Positions 25,981 to 32,000 of a stretch of DNA of 32,000 nt are shown here, piece after piece. Location of the stretch: positions 300,001-332,000 of the forward strand of contig NC_014972.1 of the NCBI RefSeq assembly GCF_000186885.1, in the 5' to 3' direction. The stretch is from Desulfobulbus propionicus DSM 2032 (GTDB lineage: Bacteria; Desulfobacterota; Desulfobulbia; Desulfobulbales; Desulfobulbaceae). The notes beneath the pieces were generated by a model. The model was not told where the DNA came from, made no database searches, and worked only from the letters and a program-made list of their open reading frames with translations. The translations under genes and the position numbers were made by a program. The first letter of the stretch is position 1; the number at the start of each line of letters is the position of its first letter.

Positions 25981-27438
25981 ATGCAGCGTGCGCGCCGATC
26001 TTTGTTGCTTGCCCTCTGTTGGCCATGTCTTGCGCTCGCCGGGGGGGCAGGGCCAGCCCTTGCCCGGGAGACCACGGTGACTGGTTCGGCGGGAACGGGA
26101 TACGATTTTCGCGAACGAACCTATGACCGGCAAGCAGCAGACAAAGAGAACGAAGGCGATGTGCAAAAAATCAGCATCGGACCCGATATCACCGTGGTAT
26201 CCAAAGGCGTGTACGATACGCTCAACCTCCGTTACTCCCCCAAACTCAACTATGATTTTGTCGATGACGAGAACGAGGTCGATCATCAACTGAGCGTCGG
26301 CAACGAGCGCCTCCTTACCAGCAGGTGGTCCCTGACGCTCTCCGATGATTTCCTCTATTCCGACGATCCGGAGGCGTCCTCCTCTTTTTTCAGCGACGGC
26401 AGCGCATCCGGTTCCACTGGTCAGGACCAAGGGCCTTCCCGCGATGCCTTGTCCAGAGACCTGAGCGGCCGTCAATATTGGACAAATACCGCAGGGGTGC
26501 GTACATCCTACGCATTGTTGGAAACGACCCGCATTGGCGGAGGATACAGCTACGCCGTACTCCGCAATGAAGAGGGAGGGGCGAGCGGGAGCGACAGCTA
26601 TGACGAGTACGACAAGCATTCCTTTTTCGCCAATCTGACCCACGGCTTCAACCAGCACTGGCGGTCCAGCGTGGGGGCGAACTACACCCGCGGCTTGTAT
26701 GACGAGCCGCCACCAACTGCTGCCAATCAGCCCGCAGCCGCCGCCAACCCAGATCTGGATGAATACGGGGCCAGCCTCGGCGTTGATTATGTCCGGAGTG
26801 TGAGGGATTTTTTTCCGGCGAAGTATGTTGTTTCGGAGACTCAATACGACGGTGAGAGCCGGCGCGACTCGCAGTCCCATGAATGGTCGGTCGGTTGGGA
26901 TCATGCCTTTGATGCCCAAACGCGTCTTGCGTTGGGCGGGGGTCCCTCCTACGCGAAAATCCAAGGATTGGAAGGACAGTGGGGGTACAACGCCTATCTC
27001 TCTTTCATGAAGCAGTACGAGCACGCATCGTATTCGCTCCAGGCGGACAAGCGGTATGAAACGCAAAATTTCAGCGGGACCGAGGAGTCAGGTCTGACTG
27101 ACACCTACAATGTCCGGGCCAACATGACCGTGCAGGCGACCCAAGCCCTCGGGTTTGATTTCTTCGGTCGCTACAGTTGGGAATCGGAGATGGATCCGCA
27201 GGGAGAATATCTCGATGCGCTTGGTGGCGTACCGTCGACCACAGCCACAGGCGACCTGACCTATGACACGGACGTCTATGAACTCGGGATTGGCATGCGA
27301 TATTCCTTTGCTCGCTGGTACACCGCGGGCGTGAAGTACACCTATTATGTCTCCGATGGCCAACTGGATACCGACCAGTATACCGATCACCAGGTGCTGT
27401 TTACCCTGAGCGCCACCAAGGAATTGTGGCACTGGTAG
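25981..27438 (+). CDS. Outer-membrane beta-barrel protein, PEP-CTERM-locus associated (putative)
   Basis: Signal peptide (ALCWPCLALAG), alternating Y/G/S/D-rich strands and a C-terminal aromatic end (...ELWHW). There is a 12-nt gap after the export gene. Confidence 0.6.
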   Translation: MQRARRSLLLALCWPCLALAGGAGPALARETTVTGSAGTGYDFRERTYDRQAADKENEGDVQKISIGPDITVVSKGVYDTLNLRYSPKLNYDFVDDENEVDHQLSVGNERLLTSRWSLTLSDDFLYSDDPEASSSFFSDGSASGSTGQDQGPSRDALSRDLSGRQYWTNTAGVRTSYALLETTRIGGGYSYAVLRNEEGGASGSDSYDEYDKHSFFANLTHGFNQHWRSSVGANYTRGLYDEPPPTAANQPAAAANPDLDEYGASLGVDYVRSVRDFFPAKYVVSETQYDGESRRDSQSHEWSVGWDHAFDAQTRLALGGGPSYAKIQGLEGQWGYNAYLSFMKQYEHASYSLQADKRYETQNFSGTEESGLTDTYNVRANMTVQATQALGFDFFGRYSWESEMDPQGEYLDALGGVPSTTATGDLTYDTDVYELGIGMRYSFARWYTAGVKYTYYVSDGQLDTDQYTDHQVLFTLSATKELWHW

Positions 27439-27478
27439 CAGGGCCAAATCGTGTAGCGAGATGGGTGATTTTCCATTT

Positions 27479-28861
27479 TTACCGAGAGCCTTTCTGAAAA
27501 AGCACGGTCTTGATGGTCCGGAAAATGATCAGCAAATCAATGAAAATGGACTGGTGCTTGATGTAATAGAGGTCGTATTCCAATTTGCGCAGCGCATCCT
27601 CTTCTGACGCGCCATAAGGATAACAGACCTGGGCCCAGCCGGTAATGCCCGGTTTGGCCGCATGCCGTAGCGAGTAATAGGGCAGTTTTTCCACCAACTG
27701 CTCGACAAAAACCGGCCGCTCCGGACGCGGGCCGACAAAACTCATCTGTCCGCGGATGACATTCCACATCTGGGGGATTTCATCGATGCGCACCTTGCGG
27801 ATAAAACCACCGACACGGGTAACTCGGCTGTCGTTCTTCTTGGCCCAGACAGCCCCGTTTTTTTCGGCATCCTGCCGCATGCTGCGGAATTTGATGATCG
27901 AGAAAACCTTGCCCCGTTCGCCCACACGCTCCTGCCGGTAAAAAATCGGGCCAGGCGACTCGAGCTTGATCAGAATGGCGGTTATCAGGGTTATCGGCAG
28001 GCTGAGGCAGAGGCCTACCACAGCGAGGGAGAGATCGAGCAGGCGTTTGATCAGATAGGTCATGCGCCCGCAATCAAACCCCTCAGAAAAGATCAGCCAG
28101 GCTGGATTGACCTTTTCGACGAGAATTTTTCCCGTGATCGCCTCATAAAATGAAATTCCGTCCTCAATGAGGAGGCCACGCAGTTTGTTGTGCAACAACT
28201 CGGCAATGGGCATGGTTCCCCGACGATCATCAAGGGCAACGACGATTCGCTCTACACTGGATAATCGGGGTTCATTGTTCATTTCGGCGAGGTTTGCCAA
28301 CACCGGGATGTCAGCATGGTCGAACGTAGGGGGGCCTGATCCGACCAATGCGGCAATGACAAAGCCGGATTCGCGGTTGTTTTTGATTTCCGTGGCAATT
28401 TTTTCCGCCATTTCTCCCATGCCGACGATGAGTATTTCACTGGCAAACAACTTTTTCTCGAGAACGAGATAATACAGTGAGCGCCATGCAAGCAAACTCG
28501 CGCAAATGATCAGGTAGCAGGCCCAGAAAATAAACGTGGAGATGATGATCGAGGGAAATAGGGTATACAGTAGTGCCAGGACAATGCAGCCGACGCCAAA
28601 GGCCTGCATCATCCTGATAAAGGTATCGGTGGTGGTTCCGGGTTTGCGCAGATCGTAAAGATCGTAAAAATAGAGGGAGAGCTGAAAAACCAGGGTGACC
28701 GTCATGGATCTCAAGGTATATTCCGACGGCGTAACAAGAAAGCTGTCCCAACTGGAAAAGACAATAAGAATACCCAGGACACTGCTAAAAATCAGCACGC
28801 CTTCGCCGAGGAAAAAGAAGATTTTGCGGACCGGGTGATATTTATTGAAAAATGTCGGCAT
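27479..28861 (-). CDS. Exopolysaccharide polyprenyl glycosylphosphotransferase (EpsB-type priming sugar transferase)
   Basis: N-terminal TM domain and C-terminal bacterial sugar transferase domain (PGPIFYRQERVG...FRSM...DEIPQMWNVIRGQMSFVGPRP). ATG at 28861 is preferred over the TTG at 28900. Confidence 0.88.
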   Translation of the reverse strand: MPTFFNKYHPVRKIFFFLGEGVLIFSSVLGILIVFSSWDSFLVTPSEYTLRSMTVTLVFQLSLYFYDLYDLRKPGTTTDTFIRMMQAFGVGCIVLALLYTLFPSIIISTFIFWACYLIICASLLAWRSLYYLVLEKKLFASEILIVGMGEMAEKIATEIKNNRESGFVIAALVGSGPPTFDHADIPVLANLAEMNNEPRLSSVERIVVALDDRRGTMPIAELLHNKLRGLLIEDGISFYEAITGKILVEKVNPAWLIFSEGFDCGRMTYLIKRLLDLSLAVVGLCLSLPITLITAILIKLESPGPIFYRQERVGERGKVFSIIKFRSMRQDAEKNGAVWAKKNDSRVTRVGGFIRKVRIDEIPQMWNVIRGQMSFVGPRPERPVFVEQLVEKLPYYSLRHAAKPGITGWAQVCYPYGASEEDALRKLEYDLYYIKHQSIFIDLLIIFRTIKTVLFQKGSR

Positions 28862-29017
28862 GGTTTCCGTGTTGCAGAGAAGTGGGATGATACGGCACAA
28901 TTGCCCTCATTAAATATGCTTTGTCTCCCGAAGTCAAGGCAACCGGGCTTGGCCGGTGGGAGATCGCCTGTTGGAATCTTCTGATTTGTCGTGACGATTT
29001 GTGGATGTTTTTTTGTT

Positions 29018-29046
29018 TTGACCGGGCCCGTTGAGACCTGTACCAT
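29018..29046 (+). promoter_or_regulatory. Possible sigma70-type promoter for EpsI/exosortase
   Basis: TTGACC (29018..29023), a 17-nt spacer, then TACCAT (29041..29046). Confidence 0.25.
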
Positions 29047-29128
29047 GAAATCCATACCATTCCTTCAGTGACTGCCCGCAGGGGCACATAAGGTGGCCCC
29101 GTGCCTTAATGGTCCTGGAACGCTGTAG

Positions 29129-29836
29129 ATGTACAAGAACTCTTGCATGGAACAATGTATGGTCGATATCTCCTCTCTTCCTAAAAACAAGCTTTCCGTG
29201 CGCCGTGTTCTTCTGGTGCTTGTTCTTTTGATGGGCACTTTTTTTCTTCTACAAGGGGTCTCGGGCACGGTCCGGACGCCCATCAAGCAGCCGCTGAGCA
29301 CGTTTCCCGTGGTTCTAGGAGAATGGCACGCTCTTTCCAGTCGAAAATCCACGGATGCGGTCATTGAGATGCTCGGCGTGGACGATTACATCGAATACAA
29401 TTATGCGACCCCATCTGGGAGAGAGCTCAATTTTTATGCCGCTTTCTACGAGTCGGTGGGCACCGGCGGTGGATACCATTCACCCAAAAACTGTATCCCC
29501 GGAGGGGGCTGGGGCATTGATTCGGTGAAAACCATCGAGGTCCAGCCAGCTCAAGGAAGATCAGCGGTAAACGTCAGTGAGATGCTGATTCGCAACGGCA
29601 ACGAATACCAAGTCGTAGTGTACTGGTATCAAAACCGCGGCAGGATCATTGCCTCGGAATACTGGGAAAAAATATACTTGGTGCTGGATGCGATTTTCAT
29701 GAAGCGACGCGACGGAACCTTTGTCCGGCTTATGGCGCCGGTACAGGAGGGGGATATCGCCCAGACGGAGCAACTGTTACAGCGTTTCGCCGGTCTCGCC
29801 ATGGTAGAACTCGAACATTTCCTTCCTGGACGGTAA
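29129..29836 (+). CDS. epsI: Exosortase-associated EpsI family protein
   Basis: One N-terminal TM segment. YHSPKNCIPGGGW and VVYWYQNRGR motifs are typical of EpsI. The start is ambiguous (ATGs at 29129, 29147 and 29159, none with a good RBS). Confidence 0.85.
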   Translation: MYKNSCMEQCMVDISSLPKNKLSVRRVLLVLVLLMGTFFLLQGVSGTVRTPIKQPLSTFPVVLGEWHALSSRKSTDAVIEMLGVDDYIEYNYATPSGRELNFYAAFYESVGTGGGYHSPKNCIPGGGWGIDSVKTIEVQPAQGRSAVNVSEMLIRNGNEYQVVVYWYQNRGRIIASEYWEKIYLVLDAIFMKRRDGTFVRLMAPVQEGDIAQTEQLLQRFAGLAMVELEHFLPGR

Positions 29837-29838
29837 CC

Positions 29839-30681
29839 ATGCACGCCATATCCTCTCTTTTTAGGGCGAACTCGACCTTTCTTCTCTTGTTTCTCGTGGT
29901 TGCAGCTTTGGCAGGGCTCTATTTCCCCGTGTTGACCAGCTTGGCCAATGACTGGTCCACCAACGACAACTATTCCCACGGCTTTTTTATCCCCCTGATC
30001 AGCGGCTACATGGTCTATTCCATGAAAGAAGAACTCAGCCAGCTGTCAATTCTCCCGACCAATTGGGGCCTTCCCTTCCTGGTTGCAGGACTTGGTCAAC
30101 TCTACATTGCCAGGGTCGGCTCGGAATATTTTCTCCAAAGAACTTCCCTTATTCTTGTGTTGCTGGGAATAACTCTTTTCCTTTTAGGCAAGGCCATCAC
30201 GAAAAAAGTGCTACTGCCGATCGCCTACCTTTTGTTCATGGTTCCGCTTCCAGCTATCATCTGGAACAAGATCGCTTTTCCTATGCAGCTTTTTTCCAGT
30301 GCGATCACCGAAGAGGTGGTCAGGATGATTGGTATCCCTATTTTTCGTGAAGGCAATGTTCTCCACCTTGCGCAGACGACTTTGGAAGTCGTCGATGCCT
30401 GCTCGGGCCTCCGCTCCTTGACCACCATGTTTGCCCTGGCCGCAGCCCTCGCCTGGTTCACCGACTTTGTCCAGTGGAAAAAATGGGTACTATTTTTTCT
30501 GGCCGCTCCGGTTGCCATGTTTGCCAATATCGTGCGCCTCACTGCCACCGCAGGTTTAGCCAGTATCTATGGGGGAAAAGTGGCTCAGGGGTTTCTTCAT
30601 GATTTTTCAGGGATATTTACTTTTGTACTCGGGCTGAGCCTGCTCATGTTGAGCAATAAGTTCCTGCTCAGAAAGAAATGA
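29839..30681 (+). CDS. Exosortase (EpsH/XrtA-like)
   Basis: 280 aa and polytopic. W..N..YSHGFFIP, catalytic Cys DACSGLRSL, Arg NIVRL and His HDFSG are all present. Confidence 0.9.
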   Translation: MHAISSLFRANSTFLLLFLVVAALAGLYFPVLTSLANDWSTNDNYSHGFFIPLISGYMVYSMKEELSQLSILPTNWGLPFLVAGLGQLYIARVGSEYFLQRTSLILVLLGITLFLLGKAITKKVLLPIAYLLFMVPLPAIIWNKIAFPMQLFSSAITEEVVRMIGIPIFREGNVLHLAQTTLEVVDACSGLRSLTTMFALAAALAWFTDFVQWKKWVLFFLAAPVAMFANIVRLTATAGLASIYGGKVAQGFLHDFSGIFTFVLGLSLLMLSNKFLLRKK

Positions 30682-30747
30682 TGACTCTTCTTATTATTAC
30701 CGCATACTTCTTTTGACCTCATATCGTCCATAACATACGCTTCCTAT

Positions 30748-31567
30748 ATGACTTCAATCGACAACTATCTCACCATTGATGTTGAAGATTATTTTCAAGT
30801 TTCGGCCTTTGAGGACATTATTCGAACCGACGATTGGGATGGAATGGAGCATAGAGTTGTGCGCAATACTGAAAATGTGCTCGAGTTATTGGATCAGTAC
30901 GATACCAAAGCGACCTTTTTCATAGTTGGCTGGGTAGCTGAAAAATATCCTCATCTCGTTCGCAATATCCATAATCGGGGACACAGCATCGGTTGTCATA
31001 GCTACTGGCATCGTAAGGTGTATGACCTCTCCCCCGAGCAATTCAGAGATGACACCGCCAGAGTAAAAGCAATTTTAGAAGAAATTATCGGAGAACCGGT
31101 GCTTGGCTATCGTGCACCCAGTTATTCAATCACCGCCAATTCCTTGTGGGCAATTGACATTCTCAAGGAGCTCGGCTTTACCTACGACTCCTCGATTTTT
31201 CCCATCCACCACGACACCTACGGCATTCCCGACGCACCCCGTTTTGCCTACCGGCATGCCAATGGCCTACTCGAATACCCGATTTCCACGGCTATCCTGC
31301 TCGGTAGAAAAATTCCAGTTTCCGGGGGGGTATTTTCGGCTATTTCCTTATTGGTTTACTTATTTATGTCTTCAAAGAATCAACCACAACGATGAAAATC
31401 CATTCATATTTTATATTCATCCATGGGAAATAGACCCTCATCAGCCTCGCATGCATAATGCAAGATTGTTATCTCGGTTTCGTCACTACAACAATTTAGG
31501 TAAAACAAGATCCAGGCTAATGCGATTGTTAACAGATTTTGCTTTCACCTCCATACCTTTACAATAA
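30748..31567 (+). pseudogene. Polysaccharide deacetylase, PEP-CTERM-locus subfamily, interrupted by a +1 frameshift in a G7 run
   Basis: ORF 30748..31395 carries the N-terminal NodB-like part (LTIDVEDYFQV, GHSIGCHSYWH). ORF 31103..31567, in the +1 frame, carries the family C-terminus (GGYFRLFPYW...FYIHPWEIDPHQPR...RFRHY). The frames meet at G7 (31324..31330), and deleting one G gives a continuous 272-aa protein. Confidence 0.85.
31324..31330 (+). repeat. G7 homopolymer at the frameshift site
   Basis: tcc ggggggg tat. This G-run sits in a region of about 40-45% GC. Confidence 0.9.
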
Positions 31568-31666
31568 CTTTTAAAAGATATCTTTATTGTATGGTTATTG
31601 GAATTGGCATGAATTTAATTGTGTAAATATCACAAACGCACTAATTGAATCTGGATAGCAATTTTT

Positions 31667-32000
31667 ATGATCATCAATAAAGCGGTTGAGACAGATCGGA
31701 AAAAATGGGATAACTATGCGTTATCACACCCCGATGCAACGCCCTATCATCTTTGGGCCTGGAAAGAAGCGGTTGAAACGGCTTATGGTCACAAAGCACA
31801 CTACCTAATAGCAGAAGAACAAGGCAAAGTTCGCGGTATACTTCCGCTTTTCCAGTTAAAATTATTTTTTCTGCAAAACCAATTGGTTTCACTCCCATTT
31901 TGTGATGTGGCCGGTCCTATTGCGGACGATTATCTCACACGTGACAGACTTCTCGACAAGGCACAACAAGCAGCAGCGCAATATAAAGCGACCACAGTTG
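31667..32000 (+). CDS. FemAB-like protein, PEP-CTERM system-associated (5' partial, continues beyond the window)
   Basis: Not in the ORF track because there is no stop in the window. My translation from the ATG at 31667 is MIINKAVETDRKKWDNYALSHPDATPYHLWAWKEAVETAYGHKAHYLIAEEQGKVRGILPLFQLK...LVSLPFCDVAGPI, which fits the N-terminal pattern of this family. An in-frame stop lies at 31646..31648 upstream. Confidence 0.75.
   Translation, partial: MIINKAVETDRKKWDNYALSHPDATPYHLWAWKEAVETAYGHKAHYLIAEEQGKVRGILPLFQLKLFFLQNQLVSLPFCDVAGPIADDYLTRDRLLDKAQQAAAQYKATTV

Noticed and set aside
25165-27066. 633-aa minus-strand ORF
   Set aside because: It spans the export gene, the intergenic gap and the OMP gene in antisense. 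The plus-strand genes have signal peptides, RBSs and family motifs, and this ORF has none.
31103-31567. 154-aa ORF as an independent gene
   Set aside because: Only the part after 31322 makes sense, and it is the C-terminal part of the deacetylase family. It is the downstream half of the frameshifted gene and not a separate gene.
31674-31898. 74-aa minus-strand ORF
   Set aside because: It is antisense to the open-ended FemAB-like reading frame that starts at 31667 and has clear family resemblance.
1-32000. Search for CRISPR arrays, tRNA, rRNA and long direct repeats
   Set aside because: Reading the intergenic regions showed no regularly spaced repeats, no tRNA-like T-arm or acceptor patterns and no rRNA-like sequence. 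The only repeated non-coding motif found is the IS end hairpin.

Overview
High-GC (about 60% in spot counts) bacterial chromosomal segment. I guess, from gene content only, a Desulfobulbales-like deltaproteobacterium. Three parts. (1) 1-1.3 kb: an RsbRD_N-domain gene with a complete IS200-type insertion sequence (tnpA only) about 50 nt upstream of its start. (2) 1.4-22.6 kb: mostly housekeeping genes. On the minus strand: prc, yedF, an MBL-fold hydrolase, an HDOD protein, a small RHH-like ORF, a eukaryote-type hisA, an orphan DnaB-C/KaiC-like P-loop ATPase, a mitochondrial-type EF-G, an MtaD-like deaminase, htpX, elbB and hpt. On the plus strand: a Nif11-like peptide, ychF, a yhaM-like gene, holB, ricT, metG, yggT, a DUF167 gene and a divergent TIM-family gene. 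(3) 22.6-32 kb: an exosortase/PEP-CTERM exopolysaccharide locus with a PrsT-like TPR lipoprotein, a Wza-like exporter, a beta-barrel OMP, a priming sugar transferase, EpsI, an exosortase, a deacetylase and a FemAB-like gene that runs off the window. Its last 1.3 kb drops to about 40-50% GC. Most notable observations: the locus-specific deacetylase is split by a +1 frameshift in a G7 run; a promoter-to-terminator unit of about 165 nt (candidate sRNA or attenuating leader) sits in front of fusA; a strong terminator abuts the hisA start; and the Nif11-type peptide gene has no maturation genes nearby. No rRNA, tRNA or CRISPR array was seen. All family assignments come from reading the translations by eye and no database search was run.
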